Shown: piece by piece, positions 36,880-48,223 of the stretch
How the letters are laid out: every line of letters begins with the position of its first letter
Numbering within the stretch: the first letter of the stretch is position 1
From: an uncultured delta proteobacterium
GTDB lineage: Bacteria > Myxococcota > Myxococcia > Myxococcales > Anaeromyxobacteraceae
Direction: 5' to 3'
Length of the DNA: 64,000 bases
Assembly (NCBI GenBank): GCA_963766715.1
Contig: CAVYBH010000008.1
Span: 640,001-704,000 of the forward strand
The notes under the pieces: model-generated
Databases searched by the model: none
Seen by the model: the letters and a program-made list of their open reading frames with translations, nothing else
Told to the model about the DNA's origin: nothing
Position numbers and translations under genes: made by a program

Positions 36880-39800
36880 ATGATCTCCCGGATCGTCCGC
36901 TTCGCCCTCGGGCTCCCGGCCGTGGTGATGGGGCTGGCGCTCGCGCTCGCGGCCGGCGGCGTCATCGCGTTCCGCGCCCTCGACATCGAGGCCTATCCCA
37001 ACCCCACCCCGCCCCTCGTCGAGGTCATCGTCCAGCCGCAGGGATGGAGCGCCGAGGAGGTGGAGCGGTACGTGACCATCCCGCTCGAGGTGGAGCTGGC
37101 CGGCATGCCCGGGCTCGATCACATCCGGTCGCAGTCCCTCTTCGGCCTGGCCGACGTGAAGGTCTACTTCGGCTGGGGCATCTCCTACGAGCAGGCCCGC
37201 CAGGAGGTGATCAACCGCCTCCAGTTCGTCCAGCTCCCCGCCGGGCTCCAGGCCCAGCTCTCCCCCTGGAACGCCATCGGCGAGGTCTTCCGTTACCGGC
37301 TGCGCGGGGAGGGGTACTCGCTCTCCGAGCTCAAGGCGGCCCAGGACTGGATCCTGGAGCGGGAGTTCCGGCAGGTCCCCGGCGTCATCGACGTCTCCTC
37401 CTTCGGCGGGGAGACGAAGCAGTTCCACGTCGACGTGGACCCCAATCGCCTGCGCGCCTACGGCGTCACCCTCTCCCAGATCCAGCAGGCTCTCGGGAAC
37501 GCCAACCTGAACACCGGGGGGCAGCGGCTCACCGCCGGGGAGCAGTCGTTCACGGTCCGGGGCGTGGGGGTCATCCGCTCGACGCGCGACGTGGGCGACG
37601 TGGTGGTCACCACCGCGAAGGGCGCACCGGTGCGCATCCGCGACGTGGCCACGGTGACCGTGGGGGCGGCCCCGCGGCTGGGTCAGGTCGGCCTGAACGG
37701 CGAGGGGGACGTGGTGCAGGGCGTGGTGCTCATGCGCTACGGCGGGCGCACCCGCCCCACCCTCGAGGGCATCCACGGCCGGCTGGAGGAGATCAAGCGC
37801 CGCAAGTCGCTGCCGCCCGGGATGGAGATCGAGCCCATCTACGACCGCGGCGCGCTCGTCGCCCTCACCACCCGCACCGTGATGGAGAACGTGCTCGTGG
37901 GCATCGGGCTCGTGGGGCTCGTGCTGGCCTTCTTCCTGGGGAGCTGGAAGGCGGCGCTGGTCACCGCGGTGAACATCCCGCTCGCCCTGTGCGCGGCCTT
38001 CGCCGGCATGGTCCTCACCGGAACGCCGGCGAACCTCATCTCGCTCGGCGCCGTGGACTTCGGCATCGTGGTCGAGTCGACCGCCATCATGGTGGAGAAC
38101 GTCTTCCGCCACCTGGGCGAGAACGGCACCGGCGGCATGCGGCCGCGCATCCTGGCCGCGGCCGGGGAGGTCGGCCGCCCGCTCGGCTTCTCCACCCTCA
38201 TCCTGGCGGTGGCCTTCCTGCCGCTCTTCGCCATGACCGGCGTGTCGGCGGTGATCTTCAAGCCCATGGCCGAGACCTACGGCTTCGCCATCGGCGCGGC
38301 GACGCTGCTGGCCGTGACCCTCACCCCCGTCCTGCTCGCCCGGGTGCTGAAGCCCCACGCGGAGGACAAGGAGAACGCCGCGCTCCGCTGGGTGCAGCGG
38401 CGCTACGACCCGTCCTTCGGCCTGGCGCTGCGGCGGCCGGCCGTCACGCTGCTGCTCGCCGGACTGGTCGCCGTCTCCCCGGCGGTGCTCTTCCCGCTGG
38501 TGGGGAAGGAGTTCATGCCCAAGCTGGAGGAGGGGAACTTCTGGATCCGGGCCACCCTCCCCACCTCGATCTCGCTCGAGCAGTCCTCGAAGTACGTGGG
38601 GCGGATGCGCGACATCGTCCGTGCGCACCCCGAGGTGGTGTCGGTGGTGTCCCAGGTCGGGCGACCGGACGACGGCACCGACGTCTCCGGCTTCAACAAC
38701 GTGGAGCTCTTCGCGCCGCTCAGGCCCTTCGGCGAGTGGAAGGGCGGCCTGACCAAGGAGAAGCTCACCGACGTCCTCTCCGGCGAGCTCTCCGAGGCCT
38801 TCCCTGGCGTGGTCTTCAACTTCTCGCAGGCCATCGCCGACAACCTGGAGGAGGCGGTCTCGGGCGTGAAGGGGGAGAACAGCGTCAAGGTGTTCGGCGC
38901 CGACGTGAAGGAGAACGAGCAACTGGGAGACCTCGTCGCCGACGAGATGGAGAAGGTCCGCGGGGTCCACGACCTGGGCGTCTTCCGCTCGCTGGGGCAG
39001 CCCAGCATCCGGGTCACCACCGACCGCGTCCGGGCCGCCCGATACGGCCTCAACACCGGCGACGTGGAGGCGGTGGTCCAGGCGGCCGTGGGCGGGCAAG
39101 CGGCCACCCAGGTCTACGAGGGCGAGCGGAAGTTCGACCTCGTGGTCCGCCTCCAGGAGCCCTTCCGGCGCAGCGCCGAGGCCATCCGCCGCATCCCGCT
39201 CTTCGCGCCCGACGGCAGCCAGGTGGCGCTCGGCGAGGTGGCCGACATCGCCGAGGAGGACGGTCCGGCGGTCATCTACCGCGAGGACGGACGCCGCTAC
39301 ACCCCGGTGAAGTTCTCGGTGCGGGGTCGCGACCTGGCGTCCACGGTGAAGGAGTCGCAGGACCGGATCGAGTCGGGGGTGAAGCTGCCCTGGGGCGTCC
39401 ACCTCGAGTGGGCCGGCGAGATCAACGAGCTGGGCGACGCGGCGAGGCGGCTCGCGGTGGTCATCCCCATCACCCTCCTCCTCATCGGCCTGCTCGTCTT
39501 CCTGGCGGTGCGCAACTGGGTGGACTTCGCGCTGGTGGTGTTCTCCATCCTGCTCTCGGCCGCGGGGGGCTTCCTGGCGCTCGTCGTGACCGGAGAGCAC
39601 TTCTCTGTCTCCGCCACCATGGGCTTCGTCTCCCTCTTCGGGGTGGCGGTGCTGTCCGCGCTCCTGGTGGTGAGCTACGCCCAGCAGTGCTGGGCGGAGG
39701 GCATGGGGCTCGAGGAGGGCGCCCAGGAGGCGGGGCGCCACCGGTTCCGTCCGGTGCTCATGACGACGCTCGTCGCCACGCTGGGCCTGCTCCCCGCCGC

Positions 39801-39972
39801 GCTCTCGAACGGCATCGGCTCGCAGACCCAGAAGCCCCTCGCCATCGTGGTCATCGGCGGCTCGCTGGCGCTGGCCTTCCTGATCCGGGCCTTCCTGCCG
39901 CCCCTCCTCGTGATTCTCCACCGGCGCTTCCACGGGCGGGGCGGGAAGCGCGTCGCCCCGGCGCCGGGCTGA
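36880..39972 (+). CDS. CusA/CzcA family heavy-metal RND transporter
   Basis: 1030 aa; DIEAYP, EEVERYVTIPLE, ANLISLGAVDFGIVVES, EFMPKLEEG, RPVLMT, QKPLAIVVIGG. Confidence 0.93.
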   Translation: MISRIVRFALGLPAVVMGLALALAAGGVIAFRALDIEAYPNPTPPLVEVIVQPQGWSAEEVERYVTIPLEVELAGMPGLDHIRSQSLFGLADVKVYFGWGISYEQARQEVINRLQFVQLPAGLQAQLSPWNAIGEVFRYRLRGEGYSLSELKAAQDWILEREFRQVPGVIDVSSFGGETKQFHVDVDPNRLRAYGVTLSQIQQALGNANLNTGGQRLTAGEQSFTVRGVGVIRSTRDVGDVVVTTAKGAPVRIRDVATVTVGAAPRLGQVGLNGEGDVVQGVVLMRYGGRTRPTLEGIHGRLEEIKRRKSLPPGMEIEPIYDRGALVALTTRTVMENVLVGIGLVGLVLAFFLGSWKAALVTAVNIPLALCAAFAGMVLTGTPANLISLGAVDFGIVVESTAIMVENVFRHLGENGTGGMRPRILAAAGEVGRPLGFSTLILAVAFLPLFAMTGVSAVIFKPMAETYGFAIGAATLLAVTLTPVLLARVLKPHAEDKENAALRWVQRRYDPSFGLALRRPAVTLLLAGLVAVSPAVLFPLVGKEFMPKLEEGNFWIRATLPTSISLEQSSKYVGRMRDIVRAHPEVVSVVSQVGRPDDGTDVSGFNNVELFAPLRPFGEWKGGLTKEKLTDVLSGELSEAFPGVVFNFSQAIADNLEEAVSGVKGENSVKVFGADVKENEQLGDLVADEMEKVRGVHDLGVFRSLGQPSIRVTTDRVRAARYGLNTGDVEAVVQAAVGGQAATQVYEGERKFDLVVRLQEPFRRSAEAIRRIPLFAPDGSQVALGEVADIAEEDGPAVIYREDGRRYTPVKFSVRGRDLASTVKESQDRIESGVKLPWGVHLEWAGEINELGDAARRLAVVIPITLLLIGLLVFLAVRNWVDFALVVFSILLSAAGGFLALVVTGEHFSVSATMGFVSLFGVAVLSALLVVSYAQQCWAEGMGLEEGAQEAGRHRFRPVLMTTLVATLGLLPAALSNGIGSQTQKPLAIVVIGGSLALAFLIRAFLPPLLVILHRRFHGRGGKRVAPAPG

Positions 39973-40075
39973 ACCGTCCACGCCCCATCCACATCCGAAA
40001 CACCGGGTTTTCCTCCAGGAATTCAGCCTTTTCCACCAGGCGCCGACGGTGATCCCGTCGGACCCGCCTGCTACC

Positions 40076-41464
40076 ATGCGCGCCTCCATGGGCGAGCCAC
40101 TGGCACTCCGAGGCGTCCGCGACCTCCCTCACAACCTCGAGGCGGAGCAGGCGGTCCTGGGGGCCGTCCTGCTCGACGAGACCGCCTTCGACCAGGTCGC
40201 GGCGCTGCTCAAGTCCCAGGACTTCTACTCGCTCGCCCACCAGCACGTCTTCGCCGCCTTCGAGGACCTGGCCAAGGAGTCGCGCAAGATCGACCCGGTG
40301 CTGGTGCAGCAGCGGCTCGACGCGAAGGGGCTGCTCGGCGCCCAGGTGCCGCGCGAGCTGGTCTTCGGGCTGGCAGCCTCCGTCGGCTCCTCGTCCAACG
40401 CCGCCCACTACGCCGAGGCCGTGAACGAGCTGGCCCGGCTGCGCACGATGATGCTCACCGCCCAGCGGGTGGTGGAGCGGGGCTACGAGGCCGGCCCGCG
40501 GGTGCGCGACTTCCTCGAGCAGGCGCAGCAGGACGTCTTCGGCGCCGCCCAGGGAAACTCGCTCGAGACCATGAAGCCCTTCGCCGAGGCGATGGGCCAG
40601 GCCCTCGACCGGCTCGAGGCCATCCACGCCCGCGTCAAGGCGGGGCTCTCGCACGTCACCGGCGTGCCCACCGGGCTTCCCTGGCTCGACGACCAGACGC
40701 TCGGCCTCCAGCCCGGCACGCTCGTCATCCTGGCGGCCCGCCCCTCGGTGGGAAAGACGGCGCTGGCGCTCAACGTCGCCGCGCACGCCGCCACCAAGGG
40801 GGAGAAGAAGGTGGTCTTCTTCTCGCTCGAGATGCCGTCCGACCAGCTGGCGCTGCGCCTGCTCGCCAGCGAGGCCAAGCTCGACAGCGAACGGGTCAGC
40901 AAGGGCAAGCTCGCCCAGCACGACTGGGACCGGATCATGGTGCAGGGCGAGCGGCTCATGGGCGCGCCCATCTGGTTCGACGACAGCTTCATGCTCTCGC
41001 CGGTCGAGCTGCGCTCCAAGTGCCGCAAGCTGAAGCGGGAGAGCGGCCTCGACCTCGTGGTGGTCGACTACCTCCAGCTCATGCACGCGCCGTCCGACCG
41101 CGCCAGCCAGTCGCGCGAGCAGGAGATCGCCACCATCAGCCGGTCGCTGAAGGCGCTCGCCAAGGAGCTCCAGGTGCCGGTGGTGGCGCTCTCCCAGCTC
41201 AACCGCGCGGTGGAGAAGCGCAAGGGCGAGCGCCCCATGCTCGCCGACCTCCGCGAGTCGGGCGCCATCGAGCAGGACGCCGACGTCGTCATGTTCCTGC
41301 ACCGCCCCGAGCAGGAGGGCGAGGCGGCCCAGGACGCCATGAACGCCGACGTGCTGGACGTCGAGCTCATCCTGGCCAAGCACCGCCAGGGGCCCACCGG
41401 CCTCATGCCGCTGGTCTTCTTCAAGAAGCACACCTTCTTCGCCGAGAAGAGGCGCGAGGGGTAG
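40076..41464 (+). CDS. dnaB: replicative DNA helicase
   Basis: PHNLEAEQAVLG, AARPSVGKT, FSLEM, VDYLQLM, LSQLNR, LADLRESGAIEQDAD, KHRQGPTG. No intein. Confidence 0.96.
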   Translation: MRASMGEPLALRGVRDLPHNLEAEQAVLGAVLLDETAFDQVAALLKSQDFYSLAHQHVFAAFEDLAKESRKIDPVLVQQRLDAKGLLGAQVPRELVFGLAASVGSSSNAAHYAEAVNELARLRTMMLTAQRVVERGYEAGPRVRDFLEQAQQDVFGAAQGNSLETMKPFAEAMGQALDRLEAIHARVKAGLSHVTGVPTGLPWLDDQTLGLQPGTLVILAARPSVGKTALALNVAAHAATKGEKKVVFFSLEMPSDQLALRLLASEAKLDSERVSKGKLAQHDWDRIMVQGERLMGAPIWFDDSFMLSPVELRSKCRKLKRESGLDLVVVDYLQLMHAPSDRASQSREQEIATISRSLKALAKELQVPVVALSQLNRAVEKRKGERPMLADLRESGAIEQDADVVMFLHRPEQEGEAAQDAMNADVLDVELILAKHRQGPTGLMPLVFFKKHTFFAEKRREG

Positions 41465-41716
41465 TGCAGGCGCGCCGGGTCGTGACCCTGGTCGTGGGCT
41501 TCGGGCCCGCGTTCGCCTGGGCGATCTGGATGACCCGGCGCTTCGAGCCGATGCTCGGGTGGGGACGGGCCATCGCGCTGGCGGCGTTCACGGGGCTGGG
41601 CGTGCTGGGGACTCTCGTCGCTCGTGCTCGCCTGGACGCCCTGGCTCCTCGAGCGCGCCGGCTTCCGCGACGCCGGCGCCTGGCTCCGGAAGTACTGGGA
41701 CGAGGACGCTCGCTAG
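41464..41716 (+). CDS. small membrane protein; probable indel near 41625
   Basis: GTG overlapping the dnaB stop; two hydrophobic segments; host-like frame WTPWLLERAGFRDAGAWLRKYWDEDAR* ends at 41716. Confidence 0.55.
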
Positions 41717-42467
41717 GGACGGGCGCGCTGACCGCGTCGAGGTAGCGCTCCACGATCCGCTTCGCCCTCCGGACCGCCTCCTCCAGGGGCAGGCCCCGGG
41801 CCAGGAAGGCGGCCGTGGCCGAGGCCAGCCGGCAGCCGGTCCCGCGCGCGGTCCCGGGGCGCCGGCGGCCGCGGATGCGGACCACGGCGCGGCCCCGGAC
41901 GAGCAGGTCGACCGGCTCCCCCTCGCGGTGCCCCCCCTTCACGAGGACGGCGCGCGAGGGAAGCTCCCGCGCGGCCCGGACCGCCTCCTCCTCCGAGCCG
42001 AGCCGCCGGCCGCAGAGCGCCTCCAGCTCGGGCCAGTTGGGGGTGGCGAGCGTGGCGCGGGAGAGCAGCGCGTCGAGGGTCGCGCGGGCGCCTCGCGGGC
42101 CGGCGTCGAGGAGCGGCAGGCCGGAGGTGGAGAAGAGCACCGGGTCGACCACGAGCGGCACCCGGGCGAGCGGCCGCTCCCGGAGGCGGGCCGCCAGCGC
42201 CTGCGCGTTCGCGGCGCTGCCCAGCATGCCGCTCTTCACCGCGAGTGGACGCTCCCTCCCGGCCAGCAGCGCGTCGACCTGGGCGAGCAGCATGGCCGGG
42301 CGGGCCGGCTCGACGGCGCGGGCGCCGCGCGCCCCCTGGGCGGTGAGGGCGGTGGCCACGGCCCAGCCGCGGGCCCCCGCGGCGGCGATCGCCTCGAGGT
42401 CGGCGACCAGCCCGGCCCCGCCGCTGGGATCGAGCCCGCCGCAGAGCAGCACCCGCGGGGCGGTCAA
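41713..42467 (-). CDS. thiD: hydroxymethylpyrimidine/phosphomethylpyrimidine kinase; 3' end approximate
   Basis: GLDPSGGAGLVADL, TALTAQ, KSGML, VDPV, TPNWPE, KGGH, RGTGC. Confidence 0.88.
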
Positions 42468-43174
42468 CGCTTCCGCTCCCGCGCCGCGTCGAGGAGGCCG
42501 CGCAGGATGGCGCGCTGGCGCGCGTCGCGCCCGGCCAGCACCTCGGGGTGCCACTGCACGCCGAGCGCGAACGGGTGATCCGGCAGCTCGACGGCCTCGA
42601 CCACGCCGTCGGGCGCGCGCCCGGAGACGAGCACGCCGTTTCCGGGCCGGTTCACCGCCTGGTGGTGGGTGCTGTTCACGGGGAGCGGATCGGGGCCGCA
42701 GAGCCGCGCGAGCAGCGTCCCGGGGACGACGAGGACCTCGTGGCTCGCCACGTCCTTCGGGGGCGGCTGCTCGTGGGAGACGCCCAGGTCGTCGGGGAGG
42801 TGCTGGTGGAGCGTTCCGCCCCGGATCACGTTGACGAGCTGCATCCCCCCGCAGATCCCGAGCACCGGCAGGCCCACCGAGAGGGCGGCCTCGGCGAGGG
42901 CGCCCTCGAAGGCGGTGCGCTCCGGGCGCGTCGGGCCGCAGCCGGGGCGGCGGGACTCCCCGTAGCGCTCGGGCGGGATGTCGAAGTCTCCCCCGGCCAC
43001 GAGCAGGGCGTCGCAGAGCGACAGGTAGGCGCCGGCCAGCGCCTCGTCCCCGTAGGGAATGGGGAGCGGCAACCCGCCCTCGTCCCGCACCGCGTCGGCG
43101 TAGGCCCGGGGCAGCTCGTATCGCCCGCGCACCTCGTCGAGGTCGAGCGGGATGCCGACGCGGGGCCGCCTCAT
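42464..43174 (-). CDS. peptidase C26 / gamma-glutamyl-gamma-aminobutyrate hydrolase family amidotransferase
   Basis: GGDFDIPPERYG, LGICGGMQ, VNSTHHQAV, GVQWHPE; ATGA overlap with thiE stop. Confidence 0.9.
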   Translation of the reverse strand: MRRPRVGIPLDLDEVRGRYELPRAYADAVRDEGGLPLPIPYGDEALAGAYLSLCDALLVAGGDFDIPPERYGESRRPGCGPTRPERTAFEGALAEAALSVGLPVLGICGGMQLVNVIRGGTLHQHLPDDLGVSHEQPPPKDVASHEVLVVPGTLLARLCGPDPLPVNSTHHQAVNRPGNGVLVSGRAPDGVVEAVELPDHPFALGVQWHPEVLAGRDARQRAILRGLLDAARERKR

Positions 43175-43837
43175 CGCGCGCCTCCCCTCGCCTGCCGTCC
43201 TTCCTGGAACCGGGCCGAGAGCAGGGCCGCGCGCGCCCGGACGTCGCCGCGCGCGAGGAGGTCCTCGATCATCGCCGCCGCCGCGGCGCCCGGCTCCGGC
43301 CACTTCACCCACCGTCTCGAGGGAGATCCCCCCGATGGCCACCACCGGCGCGCCCAGCGAGGCGGCCACCTCCCGCAGCGCGTCGAGCCCCCGCGCCGGG
43401 ACGGCCAGCTCCTTCGAGCGGGTCCCGAACATCGGGCCGAAGCCGACGTGATCGGCGCCGGCCGCGAGCGCGGCGCGCGCCTCGGCGAGCGTGCGCGTGC
43501 TGCGCCCGACCAGGCGAGCCGGCCCCACGACCTGCCGGGCCTCCTCCGGGGGGAGGTCGTCGTCGCCGACGTGGACCCCGTCGGCGCCGGAGAGGACGGC
43601 CAGGTCGGCACGGTCGTTCACCACCACGAGCGCCCGCCCGCGCGCCAGCGCCACGATCTCCCGGGCGGCGGCCAGCACCTCCCCGGCCGGGGCGCGCTTC
43701 ATGCGAACCTGCACGACGCCCGCTCCGCCCTCCACGGCGGCCCGGGCCTGGCCGACGGGGTCCTCGTCGCCGACGATGGCGTAGATCCCGTGGATGCGGG
43801 TGATCCGGGAGGCGTGCTCGGAAGGGGCGTCGACCAT
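43171..43837 (-). CDS. thiE: thiamine-phosphate synthase; indel near 43290
   Basis: VQVRMK, VVNDRADLA, DGVHVGDDD, GFGPMFGTRSK, VAIGGI; C-terminus in ORF 43171..43611. Confidence 0.9.
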
Positions 43838-43861
43838 GGCCCGGCCAACTTTGCACCTCGC

Positions 43862-43890
43862 TTGACGCCCCGGCAAGCCGAGCATATTTT
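43862..43890 (+). promoter_or_regulatory. sigma70-like promoter
   Basis: TTGACG-N17-TATTTT upstream of GGAAGGA RBS and ATG 43924. Confidence 0.55.
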
Positions 43891-43923
43891 CCCGCCTCCG
43901 CAAGACGAAGCCCGGAAGGAACC

Positions 43924-44103
43924 ATGGCCGATACCCTCGAGAACAAGCTCGTCGACCAGCGCGTCGCCCAGCGATACATCCGCAAGGGACAGCTCGATCC
44001 GAAGGACTACGAGCGATACCTCAAGTCGCTTCCGGACGTGGCCGACCAGGCCGTCCCGGTCGAGTCCGAGGTCGAGCACGTCGAGACCGGAGAGGACGAC
44101 TAG
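43924..44103 (+). CDS. small hypothetical protein (59 aa), absent from the ORF track
   Basis: MADTLENKLVDQRVAQRYIRKGQLDPKDYERYLKSLPDVADQAVPVESEVEHVETGEDD*; strong RBS, promoter and host-like codons. Confidence 0.8.
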   Translation: MADTLENKLVDQRVAQRYIRKGQLDPKDYERYLKSLPDVADQAVPVESEVEHVETGEDD

Positions 44104-44105
44104 CA

Positions 44106-45488
44106 GTGCGGACCGGCGCGGCCCTGTGCGGCGCCCTCGCCCTGCTCCTCGCACCCCGGATCTCCCCGGCGCAGGCTCCGGCCGCGCTCCCGCGCGCCGA
44201 GCCTCGCCCCCCCGCCGAGCGTCGAACCCCCGTCGTCGTCGCCGCGGAGAGATCCCGGGGCGCGGTGGTGAACGTGTCGGCGGAGGAGATGGTCCGCGTC
44301 CGCGTGCCCACCCCGGGCGCCGACATGGGCCAGCTCCTCTACGAGGAGTTCTTCGGGAAGCCCCGCTACCGCAGCGGCTACGCCGTCACCTCGCTCGGCA
44401 GCGGGGTGATCGTCTCGCCCGACGGCCACGTGCTCACGAACGCCCACGTGGTGGAGCGGGGCGCGCGCTTCCGGGTGCAGCTCCTCGACGGGCGCGAGCT
44501 CCCGGCCCGGGTCCTCGGCACCGACCCGGGATCCGACCTGGCCGTGCTCCGGATCGAGGTCCCGCCCCGCGAGAAGCTCCCCTTCCTCGCCGCCGGCCGG
44601 TCCGACGACCTCATGATCGGCGAGACCGTGATCGCCATCGGCAACCCGTTCGGCCTCGCCCACACCGTCACCACGGGCGTGGTCTCGGCGCTCCACCGCA
44701 AGGTGGGCGACGCGCAGCGCCCCCTCTTCGACATGATCCAGACCGACGCGTCCATCAACCCGGGCAACTCGGGGGGGCCGCTCGTGAACATCCAGGGGCA
44801 GCTCATCGGCGTGAACACCGCCATCCTCGGCGACCGCAGCGCCGGGATCGGCTTCGCCATCCCCATCGACCGGGCGCTGCGCATCGCCGAGGACCTGATC
44901 CGGCACGGCGAGGTGCGGGAGGGGTGGACCGGCATCGCGGTGAAGGACCAGCCCATCAAGTCGGACACCATCGGCAGCGAGCGGGTGCGCGTCCAGGTGA
45001 GCGGCGTCGAGGCCGGATCGCCGGCCGCCGGGGCCGGGGTCCGAAAGGGCGACCTGATCGAGTCGGTCGGCGACGTCCCGGTGGAGAGCGCCGCCGAGTA
45101 CCGGTTCCGCGTCCGGGACGTCCCGGCGGGCGGCACGGTCCGGATCGGGATCCTGCGCGGCGAGACCCGCGTCACGGCGTCCGTGCGCACGGTCGAGCTC
45201 TCCGCGGAGCGGGCCGAGACCCTCCTCCTCTCCCGCACCGGGCTCGCCCTCGGCGAGGAGAAGGTCCGGGGCGGCAACGTGGTCGTCATCCGCTCGGTGA
45301 AGCGCGGGAGCCCCGCGGCCGAGGCGGGGCTGCAGGCCGGCGACTGGATCCGCGAGGTGAACTCGCGCGAGATCTCCACGCTCGCCGAGTGGAAGAAGGG
45401 CGCGGTCCAGGCCCGGCGGGCCGGCCGGCTCGTCCTGCTCGTGCAGCGGGGCTACGCCGCCGAGCGCGTCGCCTTCGATGTGGACTAG
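44106..45488 (+). CDS. HtrA/DegP family serine protease with PDZ domains
   Basis: GSGVIVS, TNAHVV, DLAVL, IQTDASINPGNSGGPL, two PDZ (GSPA...GD). Confidence 0.93.
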   Translation: MRTGAALCGALALLLAPRISPAQAPAALPRAEPRPPAERRTPVVVAAERSRGAVVNVSAEEMVRVRVPTPGADMGQLLYEEFFGKPRYRSGYAVTSLGSGVIVSPDGHVLTNAHVVERGARFRVQLLDGRELPARVLGTDPGSDLAVLRIEVPPREKLPFLAAGRSDDLMIGETVIAIGNPFGLAHTVTTGVVSALHRKVGDAQRPLFDMIQTDASINPGNSGGPLVNIQGQLIGVNTAILGDRSAGIGFAIPIDRALRIAEDLIRHGEVREGWTGIAVKDQPIKSDTIGSERVRVQVSGVEAGSPAAGAGVRKGDLIESVGDVPVESAAEYRFRVRDVPAGGTVRIGILRGETRVTASVRTVELSAERAETLLLSRTGLALGEEKVRGGNVVVIRSVKRGSPAAEAGLQAGDWIREVNSREISTLAEWKKGAVQARRAGRLVLLVQRGYAAERVAFDVD

Positions 45489-45497
45489 GATGTCGGC

Positions 45498-45785
45498 ATG
45501 ACCGACGCCCATCCCCCGGCCCACCTGGACTTCGGCACCTTCGTCCTCTCGATCGGCTCCTCGGCGCTCGTCCACCTCGGCGAGATCGAGCATCCGGAGA
45601 CCGAGCAGGCCCGCGAGAACCTCCTCCTGGCGCGGCAGACCATCGACCTGCTCGCCATGCTCGAGGAGAAGACCAAGGGCAACCTCACCGAGGAGGAGGC
45701 GCACTTCCTCCGCGACCTGCTCGCCGACCTCCGGCTGAAGTTCGTGGAGAAGAGCCGCGGCGCGGCCTCGAGGCCCCCGGGCTAG
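45498..45785 (+). CDS. DUF1844 family protein
   Basis: DFGTFVLS, ARQTIDLLAMLEEKTKGNLTEEE. Confidence 0.88.
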   Translation: MTDAHPPAHLDFGTFVLSIGSSALVHLGEIEHPETEQARENLLLARQTIDLLAMLEEKTKGNLTEEEAHFLRDLLADLRLKFVEKSRGAASRPPG

Positions 45786-46060
45786 GGCCTGAGCCCGGCC
45801 TCGACGTACGTCTCGGCGAGGCGCCGGATCAGCTCGCGTCGCAGCACGCGGCGCGTCCGCGCCAGCGCATCCGGATCCCGGGACGGCCGGTAGGTCCGGC
45901 GCGAGGCCGCCTCCACCACCCAGGCGATGCGCCGGGGATCGAGCCGGGCCGGCTCGCGCCGGCGCCGCTTGAGGAAGAAGCCGATCCCGCGCTCTTCGAG
46001 AACGCGGTGGAGGGACCGCCGGGCCTCGGCGGTGAGGGTGAGATCGACGATGTTTTCCAC
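45782..46060 (-). CDS. hypothetical Arg-rich basic protein
   Basis: 92-aa ORF filling the gap; shares the CTAG stop overlap with the DUF1844 gene. Confidence 0.6.
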   Translation of the reverse strand: MENIVDLTLTAEARRSLHRVLEERGIGFFLKRRRREPARLDPRRIAWVVEAASRRTYRPSRDPDALARTRRVLRRELIRRLAETYVEAGLRP

Positions 46061-46073
46061 GGACCGATCTCTA

Positions 46074-46095
46074 GGATCGATCGCGCGATCGATCC
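46074..46095. repeat. perfect 22-bp palindrome built of GATC units
   Basis: GGATCGATCGCGCGATCGATCC equals its own reverse complement. Confidence 0.85.
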
Positions 46096-46114
46096 AATTT
46101 CCGGCCCATCCGCC

Positions 46115-48223
<2,109 letters not shown>

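Noticed and set aside
34428..39972. Functional link between the CzcCBA-like efflux triad and the oxidase cluster
   Set aside because: Separated by ~10 kb of housekeeping genes; no shared regulatory motif seen.
42464..43903. Apparent ThiE-C26 amidotransferase fusion (479-aa ORF)
   Set aside because: The ThiE C-terminus continues in another frame to a TGA overlapping the C26 ATG at 43171-43174; the fusion comes from one indel near 43290.
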